Below are positions 54,287-63,582 of a DNA stretch of 64,000 bases, piece by piece. Position numbers and translations under genes: made by a program. The stretch lies in the IMG/VR virus record IMGVR_UViG_3300032308_001297, positions 1-64,000 of that record, one strand, 5' to 3'. Source of the stretch: a virus. Below the pieces are notes generated by a model, which was not told the DNA's origin, did no database searches, and saw only the letters and a list, made by a program, of their open reading frames with translations. Every line of letters begins with the position of its first letter. Position 1 is the stretch's first letter.

Positions 54287-54882
54287 ATTACCTCTGCTGG
54301 CGGCGGAGGAGGAATATAATCTTTAACAGTTATATTAAAGTGTAATACTTTCATATATTCTTTATTAAGATGATCAGCAATCCCATGAGGAATCCATGAA
54401 TTTGATAAAACCAATAATCCAGGATATGGTTCTAATGATACCATTTCACTAGCATATGTAATATCATTTTTATTCTTTTGTGGTAAGTTTATCTGATTCT
54501 TACCAGGTCTAGGATCGAAGAATAATATTCTACCGCAATTTATAGGAACGTCAATAAAATAAAACCCAGACATATGAACATAACCAGAATGAACATGTTG
54601 CGCCATATAGCTATGTTTAGGGTATACCTGTAACCACATCTCGTTTAAACGAGTTTGTAATCTATTCATCGCATAACCCTGAGAGTCTAATATATCCCAA
54701 GCATTCTGCGCTACATGACTAGCAAAATTCTGCACCCTAATATCAAAAGCAAAGTTTTCTGATTGAAACATTTGTTCACCAGAAAAATTGTCATAATTTT
54801 TAGAAACTTCTTTTATAGATTCTAAAAATATTTTACAATCTTCTGTATATATTGAACTATGAAAACAATCAAATTTTTCCAT
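54283..54882 (-). CDS. TIGR02466-like 2OG-Fe(II) oxygenase
   Basis: HVH, SGFYF, FFDPRP, SWIPH, HFN. Confidence 0.82.
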   Translation of the reverse strand: MEKFDCFHSSIYTEDCKIFLESIKEVSKNYDNFSGEQMFQSENFAFDIRVQNFASHVAQNAWDILDSQGYAMNRLQTRLNEMWLQVYPKHSYMAQHVHSGYVHMSGFYFIDVPINCGRILFFDPRPGKNQINLPQKNKNDITYASEMVSLEPYPGLLVLSNSWIPHGIADHLNKEYMKVLHFNITVKDYIPPPPPAEVI

Positions 54883-54898
54883 ATTTACTTTCGTTTTA

Positions 54899-54973
54899 TG
54901 GAGGAACTAGTCGGATTCGAACCAACACCCCAAGGATTTGCAGTCCCGTGCATTACCGTTTTGCTATAGTTCC
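54899..54973 (-). tRNA. tRNA-Cys(GCA)
   Basis: GGAACTA acceptor, CTGCAAA loop, GGTTCGAATCC T arm, TCCA 3' end. Confidence 0.92.
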
Positions 54974-54975
54974 AT

Positions 54976-55000
54976 AAAAAAGGCGGTCGCTAGGACCGCC
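54976..55000 (-). terminator. intrinsic terminator
   Basis: Minus strand GGCGGTC-ctagc-GACCGCC-TTTTTT. Confidence 0.75.
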
Positions 55001-55007
55001 CTCTTGA

Positions 55008-55271
55008 TTAGAGACCAGCGGCCAGTGCTCGATAACCAGCGGCAATCAATGCACGGCTAGGTTTACCTGCACGATATTTACTGACAGTTTCGCCCTTTGA
55101 ATTTGTCTTATTGTTGAGATAGATAGCATAACCCATCTGACGGATCTGATAAACAGCGTCATGTGGATTAGCAACACCATAACGAGTCTTAATCTGCTGA
55201 GCAGTAAGTTCCTCGCCACGCTCAACTAGAGCAGTAAAAACCTTCTCAACCTTAGTAGCATTCTGTACCAT
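55008..55271 (-). CDS. winged helix-turn-helix DNA-binding protein
   Basis: ELTAQQI..RYGVANP...IRQMGYAIYLN..YR.G.PSR. Confidence 0.7.
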   Translation of the reverse strand: MVQNATKVEKVFTALVERGEELTAQQIKTRYGVANPHDAVYQIRQMGYAIYLNNKTNSKGETVSKYRAGKPSRALIAAGYRALAAGL

Positions 55272-55299
55272 ATTGTATTTCTCCTTAGTTTCACAACAA

Positions 55300-55473
55300 T
55301 TAGAGGATGTTAACTAACGATCCTCTCTCATCTACAGCCCTGATTCTCTTATCTGGGAACTGTGTTTTGAGTTGGTTCATAGCTGAAATGATCAGCAGAT
55401 CTTGGTCATTAGTAACGGTATATGTACGCCAATTTCCAGTATCATCTTGAACTTGGATGTAAATATTACCCAT
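55300..55473 (-). CDS. small hypothetical protein (57 aa), not in the ORF track
   Basis: MGNIYIQVQDDTGNWRTY...RIRAVDERGSLVNIL; AGGAG SD. Confidence 0.65.
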   Translation of the reverse strand: MGNIYIQVQDDTGNWRTYTVTNDQDLLIISAMNQLKTQFPDKRIRAVDERGSLVNIL

Positions 55474-55485
55474 TACTTTCTCCTG

Positions 55486-55686
55486 TTAATTCAGTTTAAT
55501 CTTACTATATTCTTCGATAAAAGTCAATACCGTTTTTAGATCAGAGAAGATAAACTTCTTATTCTGCCAACGATCTTCATGATCATTACCAGAGATCTCT
55601 ACCATCCAACCGTTTTCATAACGATTAATCGTCAGAGAATCTGAGACATTATCGAATATGTCCGAAAGTTTACTATTCGTTGCCAT
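55486..55686 (-). CDS. hypothetical protein
   Basis: TINRYENGWMVEISG..W motif. Confidence 0.65.
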   Translation of the reverse strand: MATNSKLSDIFDNVSDSLTINRYENGWMVEISGNDHEDRWQNKKFIFSDLKTVLTFIEEYSKIKLN

Positions 55687-55693
55687 TATTTAT

Positions 55694-56107
55694 TCATCCT
55701 CTTCGAGATTTGGTTCCAACAGTAGTAAGATCTACGTTGGGGCCAGCATATTGTAATCCGCCCTTGTTATAGAGCGGCATTACCAGACTAGCTTTCTTCA
55801 GAATTTCTTTCTGAACATGCTCTGGTTCTTTGTGAAGGTTGGTCATGATGTCTCGTTTTGCGCAAGAAGACTTAGAACCTGACAATCCTGAGGAAACATA
55901 ACCCTCACGATCAACCTTCATACTATTAGTATACTCGGTTTTCCAATTTTTGTCAACTCCTTTTTTGATCTTTATTTGATCAGGATGAAGACCTTTTGAT
56001 AACAACCATCTATCGTGATCGGAGATCAACTTGGTTTTAGTCTTACTCTTTCGTTTACGATTACTGACAGTGGTTGTGTAATAGGCAGGAAGAATGTGCA
56101 TACTCAT
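55694..56107 (-). CDS. conserved T4-like early protein
   Basis: MHILP.YY N-terminus, PLYNKGGLQY C-terminus; own promoter. Confidence 0.7.
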   Translation of the reverse strand: MSMHILPAYYTTTVSNRKRKSKTKTKLISDHDRWLLSKGLHPDQIKIKKGVDKNWKTEYTNSMKVDREGYVSSGLSGSKSSCAKRDIMTNLHKEPEHVQKEILKKASLVMPLYNKGGLQYAGPNVDLTTVGTKSRRG

Positions 56108-56128
56108 AAGAATCTCCTATGTTCTTAT

Positions 56129-56157
56129 AGTATACTATAGAATCAGAAAAAAGTCAA
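56129..56157 (-). promoter_or_regulatory. sigma70-like promoter
   Basis: TTGACT-N17-TATACT on the minus strand. Confidence 0.65.
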
Positions 56158-56357
56158 GCAATAATTTCAAGTATCTGTTTCAGCTTTTCCACAGAAGGTT
56201 TATATTCTTCTTCTAGAATTTTACTTGCATATCTAACGTTTTCATATTCCATTTCTTTTAGATATCTAAATCTAGAATCAATGACAGCTTCTAATACTGT
56301 TGGTAATAATTCTGAAATCTCAACGAATACTTTACCGTCACTGTATGTCTTCGACAT
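56154..56357 (-). CDS. hypothetical protein
   Basis: 67-aa ORF in the regA operon. Confidence 0.55.
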   Translation of the reverse strand: MSKTYSDGKVFVEISELLPTVLEAVIDSRFRYLKEMEYENVRYASKILEEEYKPSVEKLKQILEIIA

Positions 56358-56688
56358 CTGTAGTATCCTTACTGCTCTCGACCATAATATACTTGGCCTC
56401 TGGATCTAATTCCATATAAGCATCAAGTATATGTCTAACGCTGTATAATCTTTTTGAAATATCTTTGATAGTGTTATGGACCGCCGGATCATTGACGCCT
56501 TCTTCGAGGTCTGTCAAAGCAGCATCGAGATTCATATCGACAGAATAATCAACCTGCCACTTAAAAATACTACCATCTTTATCCATTTCCTCGTTTAGTT
56601 TACTAGGAGGAAATAAAATATTTTTAATTTGCTCCAACTTTTCTTCTGCTGGAGTAGGAGGAGTTCTTTCAATAGTAAATGGCCACAT
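56338..56688 (-). CDS. hypothetical protein
   Basis: 116-aa ORF with AGGTGA SD. Confidence 0.6.
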   Translation of the reverse strand: MWPFTIERTPPTPAEEKLEQIKNILFPPSKLNEEMDKDGSIFKWQVDYSVDMNLDAALTDLEEGVNDPAVHNTIKDISKRLYSVRHILDAYMELDPEAKYIMVESSKDTTDVEDIQ

Positions 56689-56705
56689 AATATATCACCT
56701 TTCAA

Positions 56706-57107
56706 TTATTTTTTCTTACGACCCATGTTATATTTTGTCTCTAAAGTCCAATCATTTTTTTCTTTATGATTGATAATTTTGATCTGACTCATTGATGCTT
56801 GAGGATCAAGAACACGATCTGAATCTACAATTTTTAATAGACCCCAATCCTGTAACAAGGTTGCGATTTTATTTCTGCGACCCTTATCCTCTTCTGAGAA
56901 ATCTGATGGTTTACCGTCTATTAAAAACATTTCTTTGAAATGGACAATATAATATCTGCCCTGTTTATGAAAAATATGACAAGATTGATAAAGTTTTCTT
57001 TCCTTACGAGAAGCAACACCAATACGAGTGAGCGTCTCTTTAATCTTTAGGAAGTCTTCCTCTTCAGCAATTTTGACTTCTACTAGAGAGTCTAAGAGTT
57101 CGTTCAT
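56706..57107 (-). CDS. regA: translational repressor RegA
   Basis: DFLKIKETLTRIGVASRK..LYQSCHI.HKQG.YYIVHFKE. Confidence 0.96.
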   Translation of the reverse strand: MNELLDSLVEVKIAEEEDFLKIKETLTRIGVASRKERKLYQSCHIFHKQGRYYIVHFKEMFLIDGKPSDFSEEDKGRRNKIATLLQDWGLLKIVDSDRVLDPQASMSQIKIINHKEKNDWTLETKYNMGRKKK

Positions 57108-57598
57108 TTCATCCCACCTTTTTCTTGTTTATTTTTTATTTCATTAATTTGAGCTTCCGTAAGAATTTTTAATGCTTCTTTCGCACGGATTGCGTTGTAT
57201 TTATAATGTCTAGAAATTAGGTCGATGAGTTGCTCTTGTTTCTCTCTTACTTTCTTTTCTTCTTTAGATTCTGGTTTGGTATAACGTTTTGCTTTGCGAA
57301 TACTATTAAACAAATAATCATAATGCATTTGATCCGTTACACCATAATGCCTATTCATTGCGTTGGCGTAGTGGATCGTGTCCTTATAATTCGAAAGTAT
57401 GTTATTGGTTCTCCATTGACTATAATCACCGTCAATCTCGATCCTTTTCCCACTCGTAATTGAATTTTCATAGCGCCAATCGTACCTCGATTTTGTTTTT
57501 TGTTCCCCTGACCACTTGCCCCAGTTACCGAAACCCCCTACTGCTTCTTTTTCAAAATCTCTTTTCTCTCCTAATACGTTGACGAAATCCTTAGTCAT
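57104..57598 (-). CDS. gp62: clamp loader small subunit
   Basis: ANAMN, HYDYLFNSIRK, KAKE/AKEAL-type motif, EKGG C-terminus; between gp44 and regA. Confidence 0.88.
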   Translation of the reverse strand: MTKDFVNVLGEKRDFEKEAVGGFGNWGKWSGEQKTKSRYDWRYENSITSGKRIEIDGDYSQWRTNNILSNYKDTIHYANAMNRHYGVTDQMHYDYLFNSIRKAKRYTKPESKEEKKVREKQEQLIDLISRHYKYNAIRAKEALKILTEAQINEIKNKQEKGGMK

Positions 57599-58536
57599 TA
57601 GTTAAACTCACAATTAATCATTACATCAACTAGGAACGCCACGAAATTAATTTCTGGATTGGCAGAAAAAGCATTCTGATATTGATACTTAGCAAGATTA
57701 AGGACTAATACTGGAGCCGTATTCTTTGTGCAAATCTCTGACGAAATTTCATAGAACTGATTATACAAAGCATTAACATCTGTATCGATATTGTTCTTCG
57801 CCCACTTACGGATCTCTGTATAATTCTGCTCTTTCAGAAGCCCAACCAATTCTTTGATTGAAGTTTCCTGTAGGTTTATAAGAATGCCAGTGTCGATCTT
57901 ACCTGTTGCAGAATAGCGCTGAAGCTCGTTAAGAACTCGGCGCCAATCTGGGAAATGCTTGTTGATTACTTCCGCAACAACTTTCTGGTCATATTCAATC
58001 TTTTCCTGCTCTAGAATAAAAGTAACACGCTTAAAGAATTGAGTTGCAAGTTTGGCGATCGCCTTCTTGCTGATCTTAAAATCAATTACTGAGCACCTTG
58101 AATGAAGCGGTTCAATGATGCGGTTTTTGAAATTACAGGTAAGAATGAAGCCGCAATTCCTCGAGAATTCCTCCATAAAATTTCGAAGTGCGGGTTGAGT
58201 AGAATTGGCATTAAGATAATCCGCTTCGTCAAGGATGACATATTTCCTCCCCCCTGAAAGAGATACGCTGCTTGCAAAGTTAAGGATTTCGTTTCTGAGA
58301 GTGTCGATGTTTCCATTCATAGATCCATTAATGACGATATAATCGCAACCAAGCTGTTCAAGCATGGCTCTGGCTACGGTCGTCTTGCCGACACCAGCTG
58401 TTCCGGATAAAATAAGATTAGGGATATTCTTTTGATCAACAAACTGTTGGAATGTTGCTTTTAAATCGCAAGGAAGAATAGTCTCTTCAATAGTTTTTGG
58501 TCTGTAGCGTTCGACCCACAAAAATTCTTCGTTCAT
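57598..58536 (-). CDS. gp44: clamp loader large subunit
   Basis: LWVERYRP, GTAGVGKTT, LDEADYL, PLHSRC, FPDWRR. Confidence 0.96.
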   Translation of the reverse strand: MNEEFLWVERYRPKTIEETILPCDLKATFQQFVDQKNIPNLILSGTAGVGKTTVARAMLEQLGCDYIVINGSMNGNIDTLRNEILNFASSVSLSGGRKYVILDEADYLNANSTQPALRNFMEEFSRNCGFILTCNFKNRIIEPLHSRCSVIDFKISKKAIAKLATQFFKRVTFILEQEKIEYDQKVVAEVINKHFPDWRRVLNELQRYSATGKIDTGILINLQETSIKELVGLLKEQNYTEIRKWAKNNIDTDVNALYNQFYEISSEICTKNTAPVLVLNLAKYQYQNAFSANPEINFVAFLVDVMINCEFN

Positions 58537-58551
58537 AATTTACCTCATATC

Positions 58552-58576
58552 AAAAATAGGGGAGCCGAAGCTCCCC
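58552..58576 (-). terminator. terminator between gp45 and gp44
   Basis: GGGGAGC-TTCG-GCTCCCC-TATTTTT. Confidence 0.8.
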
Positions 58577-58583
58577 ATTCAAA

Positions 58584-59237
58584 TTAGAAAGTTGAGTGCT
58601 GCTCAACTGCAATAAAGTATTCTATATCCTTTCCAATGAACTTGGAAATACCTCTAGAAGAAATTGTTACCTCGTAATCTCCTGGAAGCATCTTGAAGTT
58701 CTCAAACTTAAACACTGCATTGAATGACTTGTTTGTTTCTCCAATCGGAATAGAATATTCACTACCTGGATTCTTAGAATTAATTGCCTTTAGATGAACC
58801 TTACTACCATCACCAGCAACAACAATCTCTGGCAAACTCCAAACACCAGCTGCTTTCTCGACCTTAATAAGGTCTTCATTCTTTAGTGTGAACGTAACGT
58901 CAACTGATGGGATATTAATATCCTTATCTGGAGCCTTTGTGATTGTGCTTTCGTCTGATAGAAGGAACTTACCCTGCTCTGACGAAGAGTCCTTCATATA
59001 AATGAAAGTGTCATCGATTTCCAAATCAGGATCATTGTATAGACTTAGACCAGAAAGAAACTGGTTAAGATCATAGATGGCAAACTTCTTAGTAAACTCT
59101 GTCGGAACAGTAGCCTTTGCCATGATAGTCTTATTTGGGGAAATGGTTTTAAGAACATTTCCCTGTTGAACAACAATAGAAGGATTAATCTTAGAGAAAT
59201 TCTTCAAAACATTTACTGTATTAACATCAATCTTCAT
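58584..59237 (-). CDS. gp45: sliding clamp
   Basis: LKNFSKINPSI, FAIYDLNQFL, MLPGDYEVTIS, YFIAVE. Confidence 0.93.
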   Translation of the reverse strand: MKIDVNTVNVLKNFSKINPSIVVQQGNVLKTISPNKTIMAKATVPTEFTKKFAIYDLNQFLSGLSLYNDPDLEIDDTFIYMKDSSSEQGKFLLSDESTITKAPDKDINIPSVDVTFTLKNEDLIKVEKAAGVWSLPEIVVAGDGSKVHLKAINSKNPGSEYSIPIGETNKSFNAVFKFENFKMLPGDYEVTISSRGISKFIGKDIEYFIAVEQHSTF

Positions 59238-59251
59238 TATATAATCTCCAC

Positions 59252-60118
59252 TTACTTCTTTTTGCCTTTATCTTTAAACTTACCTAGTGCACCTGGGTCG
59301 GCAGTAGCAGACACACCAACTGAAGCAAGATCAGCAAGAGAACCACCAAAGATATAAGTTCCAACATGCTGCATCTTCATCCATGGACAGAACCAAGTAC
59401 GCAGTCCAATGTCTTGAGCTTTCTGACAGAACCAATAATCTTCTGATAGATAACGTTTTGACTTCGGATCAATTTCTGCCTGAAAGAACATCATAATCTC
59501 ACGAGTGCCATCAAAGTGCTCGGTGCGAACATGATCTGGTTTATAGTTATATTGCGGATAAGAATCCACAAACTTTTGCATTGCGTTCTTAGAAACCATC
59601 ATGAAGCCAGTTCCAATCTCAAGAACCTCAACTGGTTCATTAAGAGGAATAGACTGCTGACCGCCCTTTGGATTGAAGACATAATCACCAACGAACTTTT
59701 CAAGAACGTTTGGATCTTCATCAGCAACACCCTTATCAACAGCGTGCTTAACCTTCTCCCAAGAAATACACTTCTTTGGATATGGTCCACCAATGATGTC
59801 ATACTTATCTTCTTCTTGTGCCTGAAGAGCCATAAGAGCAATAACATCTTGTGGATTGAAGCCAATATCAGCATCAATAAACATCATATGTTGTGCTTTC
59901 GAACGCATGAATTCGTCGCAACAATAGTTACGTGCACGTGGAATCAATGATTCGTTGAACAAATAATAAAACTGTAGAGGAATACCATACTGCGTACAAA
60001 GAGCAGATAGATCTGCCGATGACTTGGCAAACATACCTGCACATTGCCCACCATACATTGGTGTTGCAACGAACAATCCTCTTTCTCTAAGTTTCTCAAT
60101 TGGGATCTGAATTTCCAT
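59252..60118 (-). CDS. glycosyltransferase-like (GT-A, DxD) protein
   Basis: ATPMYGG, ESLIPRARN, FIDADI, GTGFMM, YLSEDY.FC, HVG. Confidence 0.7.
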   Translation of the reverse strand: MEIQIPIEKLRERGLFVATPMYGGQCAGMFAKSSADLSALCTQYGIPLQFYYLFNESLIPRARNYCCDEFMRSKAQHMMFIDADIGFNPQDVIALMALQAQEEDKYDIIGGPYPKKCISWEKVKHAVDKGVADEDPNVLEKFVGDYVFNPKGGQQSIPLNEPVEVLEIGTGFMMVSKNAMQKFVDSYPQYNYKPDHVRTEHFDGTREIMMFFQAEIDPKSKRYLSEDYWFCQKAQDIGLRTWFCPWMKMQHVGTYIFGGSLADLASVGVSATADPGALGKFKDKGKKK

Positions 60119-60130
60119 TATATACCTTTC

Positions 60131-60340
60131 TTATGCTACAATAAAACTTTTAAATTTACAAGTGTTACAATGAACTGCTCTTTGCGGAGGAATTGAAGCT
60201 GTTACTACTGAGGGATTAGTGTCTTGTAACTCATCTCCGCAATGGGGACAAGCAATACCTGTTCCCAAATTAATAAAATGAGACATATATTCTCTGCGAC
60301 GTCGTTCGTTATAATCTTCAAAAGATTTCAATTCTTTCAT
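60131..60340 (-). CDS. zinc-ribbon protein
   Basis: CPHC...CNTC. Confidence 0.65.
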   Translation of the reverse strand: MKELKSFEDYNERRRREYMSHFINLGTGIACPHCGDELQDTNPSVVTASIPPQRAVHCNTCKFKSFIVA

Positions 60341-60729
60341 TTCAAATCCTTATAATGATCTGCATACAACATCATTAATACGTAATGAAGAACCTTTAAT
60401 AGATCTGCTTTATTGGCGCCTTTCTTTTTACCATAGCGCCAAAGATATTTGATAGCAGTATTTCGGAAGGTTGGCATAGAATCACCAAGAGCTAACCACA
60501 CATCGAAACATTCTATATTCTGCTCTTCAGTCATATAATGTTGCCCATATGTCTTGTCAATATAGGCATGGAAGTCACGAATAATTTCGTCTTCCTTGTA
60601 TTTATATTTAGGCGGGACGGTTCCAGAAGAATTTATTGTTGCATTAAATCTTTGACCATTTTCAAACATATAATCTGAACCAACAGCTCCAGTTGATCCA
60701 GTTGGTCCTAACGAAAATCTATTTGTCAT
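60337..60729 (-). CDS. DUF3310-like protein
   Basis: TYGQHY, AIKYLWRYGKK.G...DLLKVLHY. Confidence 0.75.
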   Translation of the reverse strand: MTNRFSLGPTGSTGAVGSDYMFENGQRFNATINSSGTVPPKYKYKEDEIIRDFHAYIDKTYGQHYMTEEQNIECFDVWLALGDSMPTFRNTAIKYLWRYGKKKGANKADLLKVLHYVLMMLYADHYKDLK

Positions 60730-61265
60730 TTTACCTCCAATTGTTTCATAATATGTTCAATAATCTTCTCTTGATCCATAAAACAATTATTATTAAAACG
60801 TTCAACATTAAACATTAACATCATATTTGAAAGAATATTAGCAATCTTGGTTTCACGACCCTGTAACCAAGTTTCGTTCTGATTACTACCACGCTGTCTG
60901 TAACGATCTTTTCGAATTTCACTCTCAGTCTGCAGATAAATGATCTCTAATTCATAATTCTCTAAACAATGTTCAAGGAAAGATGATGTGAAAAGGCGAT
61001 CGCCTTCATAAAGAACGACTGCATCTTTATTTAAACTTGCTAGGAATTTAATTGCTTCTGGCTGAACAGCCATTGACATACGATCAGTCCCAGAGAACGT
61101 TTCGCCTTCGTCATACTTACCAAGGATATAATTATAATCGTATTGTAGATACGGAACAAGTTTTACTTCATCATAAACTTTGAGCCAATTATATTTCTCA
61201 ATAATCTTCTTCATAAGAGTGGACTTACCGGAACCTGGTTCGCCACCAATCGCAATAACTTTCAT
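60726..61265 (-). CDS. P-loop nucleotide kinase associated with base hypermodification
   Basis: GGEPGSGKST, LGKY..F.GTDRMSMAVQP, EGDRL, RGSNQ. Confidence 0.8.
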   Translation of the reverse strand: MKVIAIGGEPGSGKSTLMKKIIEKYNWLKVYDEVKLVPYLQYDYNYILGKYDEGETFSGTDRMSMAVQPEAIKFLASLNKDAVVLYEGDRLFTSSFLEHCLENYELEIIYLQTESEIRKDRYRQRGSNQNETWLQGRETKIANILSNMMLMFNVERFNNNCFMDQEKIIEHIMKQLEVK

Positions 61266-62251
61266 TATGTAAACCTTTCAAGTCCGACCAACTCAGGCTC
61301 AACAAACAAACCTGTGCAATCTAGAATGCCACTTTCACTATATAAAGCCATTTTACTATTGTTTATCTGATTTGTCAACAGTTTATTATTTAGAGTCTCA
61401 TTACGAGCATCCCACATTGGTTGCCAATCAATACCACTCCATCCATCAGATTCGCACTTAGCAATTTCTTCAGCTTGACGATCAAGATAATATCCAAGGT
61501 AACGACCATGCTTTACTCGGAATAGTTTCTTGAAAGAACACAAGCATGTTTCCATATCAAAGTAATCAGTGTCAGGATAATCTTTCTTTACCTCTTGCAG
61601 AATTTCTCTTGCAGATTCATCTAGATAATTTAGTTCTTTTGAAGTTAGTTTGGCATCATACCAATCAGGTCTACCAACAGCCATACAAAGACCATTACGA
61701 TGGGAACGAGAACCAGAATAATCTTCTAGCATTAAACTACCAGGTTCTAATGGAAGTTCGCAACATTGTTTCAATGTCTGCATATAGAACCAAGTAGAAT
61801 ACCTGCCGAACTTATGGAACTTGGTCTTAACCTCATCCCATAATCTATTAAAGTTTTCATCAGGATTTTGAAGAAGGAATGGTCTGAATGCTTCTATCTG
61901 CGAACGATTGCCAATCCATTCCTTATAAGATATAAATTGTGCAGGAAGATGACCTTTATTCCATTTAGTGTCTATTTGGTAACGGAGTCTTTTGTAATTG
62001 TGGTTGTTCCATTCTTTTAGACGGTCAACGCCAACTAACTCCATATCAGGAAACTCGTTCCATATCACCCATGTTGTAGGAAAGAAATATGTTGTTCCAT
62101 AGATCCAAGCAATCCAGAGTTTCTGCTCTGTATTATGCTCGAATCTATCGAACAAGTAATTGGTCATAAAGATAGCGGGGTCGCAATCTTTAATGGAAAG
62201 CGACCACCGATACCAGTTTATGAAGTCTTGCTTACGCTGCTCTGAATTCAT
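61265..62251 (-). CDS. amino acid:DNA transferase-like protein (aGPT-Pplase clade 2)
   Basis: DCDP, FGRYSTWFYMQ, GSRSHRNGL, ETCLCSFKK, RYLGYYLDR; adjacent to the P-loop kinase. Confidence 0.75.
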   Translation of the reverse strand: MNSEQRKQDFINWYRWSLSIKDCDPAIFMTNYLFDRFEHNTEQKLWIAWIYGTTYFFPTTWVIWNEFPDMELVGVDRLKEWNNHNYKRLRYQIDTKWNKGHLPAQFISYKEWIGNRSQIEAFRPFLLQNPDENFNRLWDEVKTKFHKFGRYSTWFYMQTLKQCCELPLEPGSLMLEDYSGSRSHRNGLCMAVGRPDWYDAKLTSKELNYLDESAREILQEVKKDYPDTDYFDMETCLCSFKKLFRVKHGRYLGYYLDRQAEEIAKCESDGWSGIDWQPMWDARNETLNNKLLTNQINNSKMALYSESGILDCTGLFVEPELVGLERFT

Positions 62252-63527
62252 ACGTTTTTGTATCAATAAAAGAAGGAAGATATCGAATTTCGATATCGAT
62301 ATCGGATCTTACATACTTCAGAGCGTTCTTTAACTTGCGTTCATGGTCATGTCTCTTCTCATAATTATCTAAAGAATTATGACTGATTAGCATAATACCT
62401 TTAGTAACTCCCATTTCGCCCAGCTTATTAAGAATAGCACCAACACCATTATTGTAACTGGCGTTCGAACTGATACCAATGATCGCTATATTTTTCTCTG
62501 ATCCAGGATTATACTTTTTGTCAAGTTTCTTTACTTCTGCAGAAACCTCATCGTTTGTCCACTTCTTAAAGTTATGAGTCTTGAGAATTTCTTCTTCCTT
62601 AATATTCTTTTTAATAGCAAGAAGATTACCAGAAATTTCGTTAGGACTCCAATACCTGTTTAGGTTGGCTAAACATACATCAGAAAAATACTTAGAATTA
62701 ATATCACCACCAATACGATCGTAAAGATTCAATATTGCTTTTTTACAATCTTCTTTAGTGTTTCCTTTTTTAATTTTTTCCTGATGATTCATCTCGTAAC
62801 CAAAATCATCATAATTGGCTTGAGAGTCTTCAAACTCAGAACTGTTAATGTAGATTGCTGGAATATTTGTCCATCCTGCTTTAAGAGCAGCATAGCTAGT
62901 ATGATTGCCATCCAAAATTAATTGGCGATCAATTTCAACACAAATAATGATAGGAGAAATACTGTTTCTAGCTCGAGCAGGATCAGAAACCATTCTTTCT
63001 TCAATCGAGTCTACATGTTTCTGATCAAATTGCTCCAAACGAACTTGGTTTCTTGGCAAGATAGATAGTTCTTCGACATTAGCTTCTACAATATCATAAT
63101 AACCACTTTCGATTCGTTGTTTGACCCGCATAACCAAATTGTGGTTTGCGACCCTCAGTGCGCTATTGTCTTCGTTAATAACTTCTTTAGTATTAAGCCA
63201 CTTAGTTGCTGAAGAAATAGCTGATTCTGAAAGATCTTCAACGCTACCCATTCCTTTACCGCCACCCTGATTATTGTTATACCATTTTGGGTTAGAAGCA
63301 GCCTTTACTTTTGAAAGAATATAATGTTCTAGAGCCAAACATTCTTCTCTAGATCCACGCCAAATAACGCTCTTACGTAGTAGCCCATTAGACCATGCAT
63401 GTTTTAATTCAAAGTCTTTAGAGGAAAAGTTATAGTTGTCATCTTCGTTTTCTGTTTGATGAAAACCTACGTATCTTTTACCATTATTAATATTAAACCA
63501 GCCATAGACGATAGCTTCGTATGTCAC
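62232..63527 (-). CDS. GIY-YIG endonuclease fused to a ParB/Srx-like domain
   Basis: IVYGWFN..GKRYVGFH..WYN N-domain; RNQVR..PII..ILDGNHT ParB-like motif. Confidence 0.65.
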   Translation of the reverse strand: MTYEAIVYGWFNINNGKRYVGFHQTENEDDNYNFSSKDFELKHAWSNGLLRKSVIWRGSREECLALEHYILSKVKAASNPKWYNNNQGGGKGMGSVEDLSESAISSATKWLNTKEVINEDNSALRVANHNLVMRVKQRIESGYYDIVEANVEELSILPRNQVRLEQFDQKHVDSIEERMVSDPARARNSISPIIICVEIDRQLILDGNHTSYAALKAGWTNIPAIYINSSEFEDSQANYDDFGYEMNHQEKIKKGNTKEDCKKAILNLYDRIGGDINSKYFSDVCLANLNRYWSPNEISGNLLAIKKNIKEEEILKTHNFKKWTNDEVSAEVKKLDKKYNPGSEKNIAIIGISSNASYNNGVGAILNKLGEMGVTKGIMLISHNSLDNYEKRHDHERKLKNALKYVRSDIDIEIRYLPSFIDTKTYEFRAA

Positions 63528-63554
63528 TTGAGTTCTCCATTAACTTAGAGATAT

Positions 63555-63582
63555 AGTATACTACATTTTTAAAAATTTTCAA
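63555..63582 (-). promoter_or_regulatory. sigma70-like promoter of the GIY-YIG/ParB gene
   Basis: TTGAAA-N16-TATACT on the minus strand. Confidence 0.45.
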
